This document shows, piece by piece, positions 52,126-63,216 of a stretch of 64,000 nucleotides of DNA (within the stretch, counting starts at the first letter, position 1; every line of letters starts with the position of its first letter). The stretch comes from Callorhinchus milii (lineage: Eukaryota). The translations under genes were made by a program, and so were the position numbers. The DNA lies in NCBI RefSeq assembly GCF_018977255.1, contig NW_024704742.1, positions 113,772,001 through 113,836,000 of the forward strand, read 5' to 3'. The notes under the pieces were generated by a model. The model was given only the letters and a program-made list of their open reading frames with translations. It was not told the DNA's origin and did no database searches.

Positions 52126-55100
52126 TTCTATTCTAACATTGCTTTGCCAATGCTTGGAGACAGTTCAGCTCCCCCCACCCTCCCACCACCCAAGAAAGAT
52201 AGTCACTGGTTGTTATTTGACATCCAACAAGTGTAGGTTTGAACCCTTTCTAAGTGAATGTCAGGTACCAGGAACTACCTGCAAACTTCTTGGTGGGCAA
52301 CAAAGCTCAGTCAGCATGAAATAATTGAGCGCACTGCTTACATCTTCTGATCCGCAGCTCGGACACACATCCGTTCCCATCGAGAGATGGTTCCACCAGT
52401 TGAAGGTGCAGAGCTTAAGCAGCAGCTGTTTACCTCTCCGGAAAACTAAACAAAGTGCGTTTCAAGTGCTGCGTGATCATCTGTAATAAACTTTACAGAT
52501 GGTTCCAGTTATAATTGATTATTACAGGTACGTATAACTACTTATAAAGGTCTGGATTGTTCTTGCATGTTGTTCTACTTAGCTTTATTAATGTGTGGAA
52601 CACGTTCCATGTTTCTCCTTCACCATTTGGAATCATTCATTGGCTTTATGCTGCTAACTAGCCAACCCTCGAGAGAACATAAAATGCATTCCTAACCCTA
52701 AATCACCTGAGTTACTTCGATTTTTGTGTTCTTTTTCGCAAAATTTGAAAGACACTTCCTGTGCAATTTAGTCACAGATGACTGCCTTTACAGAGGTTTG
52801 GACACTTTCTTCCTGTCCAGTTACCGTGTAAAAATGGGTGGCCTCCAAGCTCTCTTTGTAGAGATAAAAACAAACAACCCTTTTATGTCACAGTCATTGG
52901 TCTGTCTCTTGTGAAAATAACTCCAAACTGTTCAGACAAACCAACCTCATTCACATTTTCCTTTACTACCAAAAACATCTGATTTGGCTGTATCCCTTTC
53001 CTTTTCTTTGGAAGCAAGTAAATGTGTCATGATTTAAGCGAGTCTACTACAGTGGGGCTCAGACAACAGAAACCCTCACAAATTCTCCTATCCTATCAGA
53101 ACATAACCAAACCCAAAATTAATTTCACACTCATTTGTACAAATGTAAAAGGGTATACTTTCACATACCTACTTATAAAAGCATCACATTTCTCATTTGA
53201 AAGTAATGTTCTTGTCTTGCAGAAGCACTTTAAAAACTACAAAAACTAAAGTAGTTTTCCTTAAGAGTGACAGTTCAATACGGCTTCCACAAATATATCC
53301 ATAAATACAATTGAATATGTTCTGTAAGCATGCTTCCTTCAAACACTATTAATTTAATAACTGACCAATACAAAATAGATTTCTGTTGTCTCACTGAATA
53401 CTTCTTACTAATTGCTTTTGAAGCTACTATTGTACTATAGAGTATAAAACACTAAAACACATTGTTTCTGTTTTCCAAACATTATACCCCTAGAAACTGC
53501 AGATTTGTTGGAGACTGTAAATGTTTGGTCCTTCAACAATCAATCAATGTTTCCTTACATCTCAATATCACATGCACATGCTTTTCAAATACACATAGAC
53601 TCACCCAGATCTACCACCAGGTGTTTTATGGATAGAAATGAGGGCATAATATTCAAAATAAAATTTAGTTCAGGTTACATTCTGCAGACCATAAAACTAC
53701 CAATCAAAAAAAACACAAATTCCCTGTATGTTATTCACCATGCAATTCTTTTATATCAATTGTAAAGATTGTGCTAAAACAACAATACAGTAGGACTCTG
53801 TTGTAAGACAGTTACTGTGGTCCATAAAATTTCAACCTACCTTATAGTGCGGAGCAATCATGAGTGGCCGCATGTCAGTGCTTCCACAGATTGACAACAC
53901 TGATCCCGTAACAAATTACATACACCAGAAAGCCAACCAGCACACAACACGCTTGACAAAACAGTTTTCAAACACAACAACAAATTTTCAATCATTATCT
54001 GAAATGTGATGACAGATCCAGATAGCGAGATGTCCATATTTTTTATATTTAGATAAGAAAATGTCAGGGTTCACAGCACAATCGCATTATAACAGGTTCT
54101 GACATAGTATTTCATACTACTCTTTGCTCTCCCAATGGAATTTTGTTCAAAGCATTTATTTTGTTGAACAATTTAATTTGTTTTAATCAAAAGTAAACCA
54201 AGATTTTTGCAATTTGTCATGGGAAGTACATTTATTCATTATTTTTATATTCTCATATTTAAAATATCCATAATGGGTTTGAAAACAGTGTACTCGTAAA
54301 GCAGAATTTACTGTGCTAGTCGATTCCTCATTCTGCAAATTAAATTCTAGATCTTCCAGAAAATTAGCTGAAGAAAATTGGAGGGGGAATGTATATTGGC
54401 AAAAATCATGTTCCCCGCAAAGGCTGTTTTGCTTCTGGCTCTTTGCTTTATGACTTTTTAAACCAACCTTTTGGCCTTTTGTTAAAAAATAAATGTCCGA
54501 AAACATAAAAATTAAGCCATAATCACAATGTATTATACATTAAAGCAAATTTAATTTTGATTTACTGTATAGCTCCAGTAACAGTAAAATCTTTCAAAAA
54601 TGGCAAGAAGTAGTGACTAATTCTATTTTTTTACCAAATTGGCACCAAATCCATGCAAAATGCATTATTATTGAACAAAAAAATTATACCAATGGATTTG
54701 GAACTTTAGGCCACAAAACCAATAAGGACATTACTTAAACCCAGTTAAAAATTCCAACATATGCATGATGAATTGCACAGAAATCTGATCTAATTATGCA
54801 ATTGTCCAATTTGTGAAAAATTGATATAATTTCAATACTTATCAAGCTTATATTTATCTGCATCATTAGTAATTTTATTCCCAAACAAACTGTCAAAACA
54901 CTGTATATATGAAGAAAAAGAAACACCTAAATAAAATTGGTCATTCAAACCATGGTTCTTTGGGGGATATTGTTGTGCACAAATTAGGTGCCACATTTGC
55001 CTACAAATACAGTCACTTTACTTCACAGTAAAATCCTGTGAAATACTCTGAGGTGTTCTGAGATTATAAACTCAAAGTCCCAATTTAGGGCTACAACAGT

Positions 55101-55189
55101 AGTGGGAGCACTTTAATGGGGGGGTGGGGGGAATCATCCACTATTCCTCCTTCCAATCGTTATTCTTTGACTGTTATCTCTCCCTCCAC

Positions 55190-56836
55190 GCCCCCCCCTC
55201 CCACCCACATGCTTGGGAGAGAGATGGGGGGAAGAGAAAGAGAGGGGGGAGAGGGAGGGGAGAGCGAAAGGGTAGGAAGAGAAAGGGGGGGAGAGAGAGG
55301 GGGGAGAGAGGAGACAGAGACGGGGGGAGACGGAGACAGGGGGAGACGGAGACGGGGGGGAGAGGGGGGGAGTGGAGAGAGGGGTGGAGTGAGAAAAACT
55401 GAACACAGTACTCTAGCTGAGGCCTAACCAGTGTTTTATAAATGTTCATCATAACGGGGAGTTAGGGAAGGGGAATGAAGGGCGGGGGAGTCGGGGGGGG
55501 TGGGCGAATGAGGGGGGGGCGAATGAGGAGGGGAGAGGGGAGAGAGGAGGAGGGGGGGAGAGAGGAGTGGGAAGGGGGGAGAGAGGCAAGCGGCGAAGAG
55601 AGGGGACGGGGTTGAGAGGAGGAGGTGAGAGAGGAGTGGGGAGAGGGAGGAGGAGTGGGGAGAGAGAGGAGTGGGGAGAGAGAGGAGTGGGGAGAGAGAG
55701 GAGTGGGGAGAGACAGGAGTGGGGAGACAGGAGAGGTAGAGAGAGGAGAGAGAGAGGAGGAGGAGGGGGTGAGATAGGAGGGGTGGGGGAGAGAGAGAGG
55801 AGGAGGGGGTGAGAGAGGAGTGGAGAGAGAGGGTTGGCAGAGAGGAGGAGGGTTGGCAGAGAGGAGGAGGGTAGGGAGAGAGAGGGGGAAAGAGAGAAGG
55901 GGGGGGAGAGAGGGGGGGGCAGAGAGAGAGGAGAGGGGGAGAGCGAGGAGGGGGGAGAGGAAGAAACAGAGAGGGGGAGGGCTGAGAGAGGGTGATTGAG
56001 AGAGTTTGAGAGGGGATCTCTCCTCCCTATTCCCCCCTATTCTCCCCTCTTTCCCCCTCCTCCCTCTCCCCATCTCTCTTTCCCCCTTCTCTCTCTCCCC
56101 ATCTCTCTTTCCCCCTTCTCTCTCTCCCCATCTCTTTCCCCCTTCTCTCTCTCCCCATCTCTCTTTCCCACAATCTTTCTTTCCCCCCTCCTCTCCCCAT
56201 CTCTTTCCCCCATCTCTTTCCCCCTCCTCTCCATCTCTCCTCAGCTCTTCCCCCTCCTCTCCCCCATTTCTCTTCCCCTCTCCTCTACCCAGCTCTTTCC
56301 CACTTCTATCCCCCAGCTCTTCCCCCTCCTCTCCCCCAGCTCTTCCCCCTCCTCTCTCCCGCCATTCACCCCTCCTCTCCCCCCCATTCTCCCCCTCCTC
56401 TCCCTCTATTCCCCACTTTCAACCCCTATTCCCCCTCCTCTCTCCCCACTTTCAACCCCTATTCCCCCCTCCTCTCTCCCCTAATCCCCCCTCCTCTTCC
56501 CCAATCCCCCTTCCACCCCCTTCTTCCCCCCTCCTCTTTCCCCCTCCTTTCCGCCCATTGTCCCCTCTCTCCCCCATTTCCCCTCTCCCCCCTATTCCCC
56601 TCTCCCCTTATTTCCCTTCTCTCCCCCCATTCCCTCCTCTCTTCCCCCTATTCCCCCCTCTCTTCCCCCTATCCCCCCTCTCTCTCCCTGCTATTCCCCC
56701 ACTCTCCCCCACATTCCCCCCTCTCTCCTTATTCCCTCCTCTCTCCCTCCTATTCCCCCCCTCTCCCTATTCCCTCCTCTTTCCACCCTCTCTCCCTCCT
56801 ATTCCCCCCTCTCTCCCTCTCACTCCCCCTCTCTCA
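55190..56836. repeat. Polypurine tract followed by polypyrimidine tract
   Basis: Almost pure G/A over 55215-56015 (interrupted at 55390-55455), then almost pure C/T over 56017-56836. Confidence 0.95.
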
Positions 56837-57069
56837 CAACCGATAGACCGCAGTAAAGGCTCTCCGCGCTGCATCCTCGCAACTGCCGGTTCCTGCAGCT
56901 GCCCTGGGAGGATGTTCACCAGGGAGGAGGGAGCGGGTTGGAATGTTGGAAATGGTCTCAGGCCGGATGCGGCCCGTGGACCGCCAACTGGCCCACTTTG
57001 GATGCAGTCCACAGACCTTTCTCAAATAGGGAATGCGGCTCGCGGCAACCAAAAGCTTGGATCACCCTG
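56837..57069. mobile_element. Probable hAT (Charlie-type) DNA transposon end
   Basis: Subterminal ggccggatgcggcccgtggaccgc and gcggctcgcggc motifs; end aagcttggatcaccctg followed by atttaggc, which resembles the NTCTAGAN target preference. The other end was not found. Confidence 0.6.
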
Positions 57070-57109
57070 ATTTAGGCTACTGACAGGTATATAAACACCT
57101 GCATGAGAG

Positions 57110-57360
57110 CCACTGCTTTCATGATAGGAGAAGTTTAGGTGATTGTTTTCATTTAATTTTATACTGTAAATGAAGTGTAGAGGCAGAATTTATTATGGGT
57201 TTCAAGAGGGAAGCAGAGAGGTACATGAAAATTACACCCTTAAAGGGACATGGGGATAGGTCAGGGCAGTCGGATTGAAAGTGCAACTTGCTCTGAGTGT
57301 CAGTGCAGACTCAGTGGGTAGAATGGCCTCTTCCTGTCCCTGTAAATTTCTGATTCTATG
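57110..57360 (+). mobile_element. CR1 3' end
   Basis: cagtgcagactcagtgggtagaatggcctcttcctgtccctgtaaatttctgattctatg. A separate minus-strand CR1 piece (YKTLVRPQLEYCVQF) lies at 55390-55455. Confidence 0.75.
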
Positions 57361-58154
57361 AACAAAACTCTAGTAGTGAATATTAACTACTTTAATCTCA
57401 GTTTGCATAAGCAGACTATGAATGCGAGTAATAATGCAAGGTATGATCCTTCAATAAGTGCCAAAAAGTGGTGTTTTGGTGTTGGTGTGTATTTTAGAAA
57501 TTTATGGACAGCGACATGGTTTCTGGGACAAGAAAACAGCAACTGTAAACTTAAGGCATTCTTTTTGGAAATACAATTTTAAAAAAAGAAACCCCTGCTA
57601 TGTCTAACTACCTGACCCAGGAAATAGTGAATATAACACGACAGATTGCCTTGGGAGATAAATGGATGTGTTGATGGATTTCTGGTTAAAGAAGCATCCT
57701 GGAGTGTATGAGATAAGAGTAAGGTGATAATAAATAATAAAACCCTGGCTTTTTATATACTTCATGCCATTGAAGAAAAAAAAGCATCTCAAAGCAGGTC
57801 ACAGGATATATTGTAAAGCATAAATGACTGTGTATTCCTTAAGCAAACAAAGCAGCGAATTTGCATAGCAATGAATTGAAACAGCATTGAAATGAACGAC
57901 CAATTAAAGCTTTGGGGGCTTGTCAGCCAGGACACTGGGAGAAAAAACTCCCTATTTTAATGTAGTGCCGCTCCCCCAAAATATACAAGGAATCTTTAAC
58001 ATCCGGCTGTACAGACAGACAGGTTAAAGGGGACCTCAGTTGCCCATCTTACTCTAAGGAGGGTACCTCCCGTTGGGGAGCGCCAGCTGAGCTTCAAGCA
58101 ACAAAATGGGAGTGCACAACAACAAATTGCATTTATTAGAGCGCCTTTCACGTC

Positions 58155-58872
58155 GAGAGGATCTCCCGAGGTGCTGGACAGTCAGGGGTTCGCACCGACG
58201 AGAGGATCTCCCGAGGTGCTGGACAGTCAGGGGTTCGCACCGACGAGAGGATCTCCCGAGGTGCTGGACAGTCAGGGGTTCGCACCGACGAGAGGATCTC
58301 CCGAGGTGCTGGACAGTCAGGGGTTCGCACCGACGAGAGGATCTCCCGAGGTGCTGGACAGTCAGGGGGTTCGCACCGACGAGAGGATCTCCCGAGGTGC
58401 TGGACAGTCAGGGGGTTCGCACCGACGAGAGGATCTCCCGAGGTGCTGGACAGTCAGGGGTTCGCACCGACGAGAGGATCTCCCGAGGTGCTGGACAGTC
58501 AGGGTTCGCACCGACGAGAGGATCTCCCGAGGTGCTGGACACTCAGGGGTTCGCACCCACGAGAGGATCTCCCGAGGTGCTGGACAGTCAGGGGTTCGCA
58601 CCGACGAGAGGATCTCCCGAGGTGCTGGACAGTCAGGGGTTCGCACCGACGAGAGGATCTCCCGAGGTGCTGGACAGTCAGGGGTTCGCACCGACGAGAG
58701 GATCTCCCGAGGTGCTGGACACTCAGGGGTTCGCACCCACGAGAGGATCTCCGAGGTGCTGGACAGTCAGGGGTTCGCACCGACGAGAGGATCTCCCGAG
58801 GTGCTGGACAGTCAGGGGTTCGCACCGACGAGAGGATCTCCCGAGGTGCTGGACAGTCAGGGGTTCGCACCG
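58155..58872. repeat. 45-bp minisatellite, ~16 copies, inside an L2 3' end
   Basis: Unit gagaggatctcccgaggtgctggacagtcaggggttcgcaccgac, starting at 58155, 58200 and onward. It explains the repetitive ORFs at 58106-59083. Confidence 0.97.
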
Positions 58873-59186
58873 AGCCGGGGGCCGCAGTCAGGAGGAGCGG
58901 GGAGAGAGCGAGGGTCAAAGGTTTAAAAAAAAATTCTTGAGCGGGAGGGCGATGGGCTTCTCCTGCCCTTTTCCGACACCCCGGGCTGTTGTGAGGCCTG
59001 AAACCTGGGGAGACCCCAGTCAGGGTCACCCACCCCCAGACAGACAGACAGACAGACAGACAACACATGGTCAGGACCTCTGACCCCCTCCAAAAGCGAG
59101 GCTTTAGCTATGGCGCCGGTGTGGCTCGATATTGGCAGTATATTTTGGGTGGTGGTGGTGGGGAGAGATGTTAGTGTTACATTTAC

Positions 59187-59260
59187 CGCCAACTCTCCTC
59201 TGAGGGTCTCTCTTCCGCTCTCCACAGTCGCCGCCACCGCCGCCTTCTCCCTCAACCAAC
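59187..59260 (-). other. XRCC4: Probable non-coding exon 1 of XRCC4 (5' boundary uncertain)
   Basis: GC-rich UTR-like segment in the CpG island ending in donor GGCG|gtaaat at 59187/59186. An alternative donor CGAG|gtgacg lies at 59297. Exon 2 has an acceptor upstream of its ATG, so an upstream exon is required. Confidence 0.5.
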
Positions 59261-59739
59261 TGCCAATCGCGCGCTCGCAAGGCGGCCGCACGTCACCTCG
59301 CGGTCTCCCGTGACGTCCCGCGCGAACCCGAGCCGTGCGGAGCGTCAACACTGTGCGTGTGACGGTTAAGAGAGAGCGAGAGAGAGGGGGTGGGGAGGGA
59401 CCAGGAGCGCGCTCAGGGCGGTCAGCCATAAAAATATGTTCGTAGCCCAAAGTCCACCAAATACCAGCCCAATATGACGCGTTTCCCGCTGATGGGTAGC
59501 ACAACAAAACCCGCCCAACTGGGCGTGAACCGCCCAAATGTCAATGTTGGGCTACCCGCGCTGTCCTGGCGTTTCACGTGAAGGCCGCGCCGTGCGTTTG
59601 TGAGAGAGGGAGAGAGAGGAGCGGTGATTGGACGAGGCCTCCGGCGGGGCCCGGGGAGGGCGGCAGGAGAGTGGCGGAGAAGCGTGAGACGTCACGTCCG
59701 GGTCGGCCGGAAGTGTGATGTGGCTATGAAGTGGGCGCG

Positions 59740-59742
59740 ATG
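59740..59742 (+). CDS. TMEM167A: Probable TMEM167A (Kish-A) exon 1 coding part: ATG only
   Basis: gggcgcgATG|gtgagt is a start codon followed directly by a consensus donor, divergent from XRCC4. XRCC4 and TMEM167A are head-to-head in human, where I recall exon 1 coding only the ATG. Exon 2 (SAIFNFQ...) is not found in the window, so identity rests on synteny. Confidence 0.75.
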
Positions 59743-60060
59743 GTGAGTGAAGCCGCGGTTGTGAGTTTGTTCGACCTGTGCTGTGGGGGGGGGTCGGCCT
59801 CGGCCGTGTTTAGTGTTTGGGTGTAAGCGGACAGTTACCGCCGCTCCCAATAGCTGCCACGTGTGTTGCCCTCTCCTCTATGTCTATTGATGTGTTGTAG
59901 TTGGGGGGTGAGGTCGGGGCCAGGCCCTGGTCAGGGCTTATCTCCTGAGGCTCAGCCCCTGATACTCAGCAATGATCAATATTATTATACCTCTCCCCCC
60001 CCCCCCGCCCCCCGCATACGATCGTCCAAAACCGGGTGCGTGAGAAGCCACTCAGTGTTT

Positions 60061-60382
60061 TAATAATAATAATAATAATCCTTGCATTTGATATAGCGCT
60101 TTTCACGTCGGGAGGACGTCCCAAAGCGCTTCACAGAACACACTGTAAAGTGAATTGACTGTACATTTGTGGGCGAACGCGGCAGCCAATTGCGCACAGC
60201 AATGTCCCACAAACAGTCGTGGATTGAAAATGACCAATTTATTATTGTTTTTGGTTTTGGAGGGATTATTATTAGGCGTGTGGAGTAAGGAAACTTGCCC
60301 AAGGTTTCGCCCTGCCTGGAATTGAACTCGGGTCTCTCACTTGCAAAGCGAGTGCTTTAACCACTGAGCTACAGGACTCCAC
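60061..60382 (-). mobile_element. Young SINE, full length
   Basis: Nearly identical to 1407-1727 and 18654-18975. Confidence 0.92.
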
Positions 60383-60537
60383 AAGTCCTGTAAATTCATA
60401 ACCTGCAGCTACTCATGCTGGAGGATCACTTGCATCACAAAATATTAGTGCATATTTGACTGGGGCTGGGGTCAGGGCGGGGTGGATGGTCGAGAGCCCT
60501 GGACTGACTTGATAACTCACGAAGTTCAAAATCTGCC

Positions 60538-60905
60538 TTCCTATAGCTCAGTGGTAATAGAGCATTCGCCTCCAAACGAGAGGACCTGGGTTTGATTCCC
60601 AGGCCGGGTGAAGCATTGGCAAGTTTCCTTACTTCACCTGCCTCTGTTTACCTAGCAGTAAGTAGGAGCCCAGTTGTTAGTCGATTGGTGGCTTTTCCAG
60701 GGGTAATAATCCCTTCCAAAAAAATAAATAATTTGATCACTCAATCCACAACTATTTGTGGGATGGACACTGTTGTGCGCAATTGGCTGCTGCGTTTCGC
60801 CCACAAAGTATACAGTCAATTCACATAGTAACGGTTGAAAATATTTGTATATTCTGTGAAGCGCTTTGAGATGTCTCTGTGATAATGAGCTACATCAAAT
60901 AATAA
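60538..60905 (+). mobile_element. SINE, long variant
   Basis: Head cctatagctcagtggtaatagagc...ggtttgattcc, extra segment tacctagcagtaagtagga, core, eroded tail. Confidence 0.85.
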
Positions 60906-61499
60906 TCCTTGCAATTGACATTTTTTATTACCTGTGGTCAAAGTCCATTGCGGCTTTCAAGAGGGCAATAAACAGACATATGATCTCTATACAAATTGCA
61001 TCATGGCTTTTCACCACCTATTCTGTTTAAACCACAATTGGTAAATCAAATATTTTCAAACATTGCTATAATAATCTTTACATTTGATATTGTGCCGTTT
61101 CACATTGACATGTTCCGAAGTGCTTCACGAGATTTTCCTGCAAAGTGTAGTGACTGTCGTTGGTGAACACGACAGCCAGTTTGTGCACAGCAATGTCTCA
61201 CAAACAGTCACAAACTCCAAGGAGATTTGGGAATGTAGGTACATAAGACATTGAAAGTGGCATTGCAAATGATAAAGGTAGCAAAGAAAGCTAATAGCAT
61301 GCTAGGTTTTATACATGGTGGCATAGAGTACAACAGTAAAACAATATTACTAAGGTTGTACAAATTATTGGTTAGGCCGCAATTGAAGGACAGCATCCAG
61401 TTTTGGGCACCTGATAGATGTTAATAATAATAAATAATCCTTGCATTTGATATAGTGCCTTATCCCATCGTTGAGACTTTACAAAGCACATCACAGGAC

Positions 61500-62432
61500 A
61501 TACAACAACAATAACTTACACTTATATAGCGCCCTCCATGCAAGATAGCGTCTCAGAGCGCTTAACAGTGGCGGAGCCTGACTCCGAGCTGGTGGGGGGA
61601 AGTGACCGTAAGCACAGTCATAAAGGAAGGTTTTCAGGCAGGACTTGAGAGAGCGGGCAAGGTGGAGAGATTGACGGAGAGTGTTCCAGAGTTTCGGGGC
61701 ACAGTGGCTCAATGCACGACCTCCAATGGTGGAGTGGAGGGTGCGAGGGACAGGCAGGAGGCCGATACCAGTTGAGCGGAGAAGCTGGGTAGTGGATTGG
61801 GGAGTGAGGAGGTCGGAGAGGTAGGGAGGTGCCAAGAAGTGAAGAGATTTGAACATGAGTGTGAGGATCTTGAAGTCGATCCACTTGGTGATGGGGAGTC
61901 TGGCTAGAACTGGTGAGATGGGGCTATGGAGTTTGATCCAGGTAAGTAAACGGGCAGCAGAGCTCTGAATGAGCTGGATTTTTTGAATAGCGGAGCTGGG
62001 GAGACCAGTGAGGAGTCAGCGTTTGAGTCATCCAGGCAGGAGGTGACAAACGCATGTACGAGGGTTTTGGCTGCATTTGGGTTAAGATACAGTTGAAGGC
62101 GGGTAATGTAGCGGACGTGTAGGAAGGCAGTCCTGGTCAGGGACTGGATATGGGGAAGGAAGGACAGCTGGGGGTCGAACTGGACGCCTAGATTACGCAC
62201 TGGTTTGATGAATCTGAGGGAGAGCCCAGGGATGTTGAGGAATTCAGATCCACAGGAATGAAGACGTAGACGGGAGCCAAGGAGTATGGCTTCCATCTTG
62301 ACCACGTTCAGCTGCAGGACGTTTGTACTCATCCAGGCCCTGATGTCTACCAGACAAGCTGATAGAACTTCAGCGGAACTGGAGACAATACTGGAGGAGG
62401 CAAAGTGGATTTGTGTGTCGTCCACAAACATA
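61500..62432 (-). mobile_element. L2 LINE 3' part (second tail type)
   Basis: FVDDTQIH, NVLQLNVVKME, VRNLGVQFD, LVHAFVTSCLD, APKLWNTL; tail gctctgagacgctatcttgcatggagggcgctatataagtgtaagttattgttgttg. Confidence 0.92.
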
Positions 62433-62899
62433 CTGTAAAGACTATTCTGGGGATGAAGGGCTCAGGAGGTTAGTTTGGAGAAATTGGGTCTATTTTCAAT
62501 GGAGCAGATCTGATACAAGAGTACAAAATTGTGAGGGGTTTTGACTGTCATTGACAGAGGAGTCAATTCTCTTAAGTTATGCACTCTGGCACACTACCCA
62601 GCATGAGGGGCACTATATAAATCCAAATTGTTGTTATGAGGGACATAGTTACAGGAGCCATAAACAGTGAAAGGAGAGCTTTGAAGAAATATTTTACGTA
62701 GAGTTGTTGGAATGTGGAATGCCCTGCTGAGGAGGGGCTGGAGACAGAGTCTATTGTGGCCCTCGAGGGGGGAGGCATATTTCAAGAGGCGGGAAAGAGA
62801 GAGATTCGGGGATTACATTTTGCTCACAAAATACACAGTCACTCACCTTCAATATATGATTTTGAAGTGCTTTGAAATGTCTCAACAACCACGATGTGA

Positions 62900-63216
62900 A
62901 ATAATAATAATAATCTTTGCATTTGATATAGCGCTTTTCACGTCGGGAGGACGTCCCAAAGCGCTTCACAGAACACACTGTAAAGTGAATTGACTGTATA
63001 TTTGTGGGCGAATGCGGCAGCCAATTGCGCACAGCAATGTCCCACAAACAGTCATAGATTGAAAATGACCAATTTATTATTGTTTTTGGAGGGATTATTA
63101 TTAGGCGTATGGAGTAAGGAAACTTGCCCAAGGTCTCGCCCTGACCTGCCTGGAATTGAACTCAGGTCTCTCGCTTGCAAAGCGAGTGCTCTAACCACTG
63201 AGCTACAGGACTCCAC
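62900..63216 (-). mobile_element. Young SINE inserted into the tail of an older plus-strand SINE
   Basis: Full length. The host fragment at 62810-62900 resumes as aaatgcaaggattattatt at ~63222-63253. Confidence 0.9.

Larger units (their letters stand above)
59100..59830. promoter_or_regulatory. CpG-island bidirectional promoter
   Basis: The main non-repeat CpG-dense region, with no obvious TATA box. Motifs: ETS CCGGAAGT 59707-59714; CRE-like GACGTCAC 59688-59695 and TGACGT 59311-59316; E-box TCACGTGA 59574-59581; CCAAT 59263-59267 and 59469-59473; ATTGG 59627-59631; GC boxes near 59511 and 59530. Confidence 0.85.

Noticed and set aside
55116..57070. Pro/Ser/Leu-rich and Gly/Arg/Glu-rich ORFs up to 354 aa
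   Set aside because: Translation artefacts of the purine and pyrimidine tracts.
58106..59083. Long repetitive ORFs or a CRISPR-like array
   Set aside because: A tandem 45-bp unit with no unique spacers, derived from an L2 3' UTR. The ORFs persist only because the unit lacks stops.
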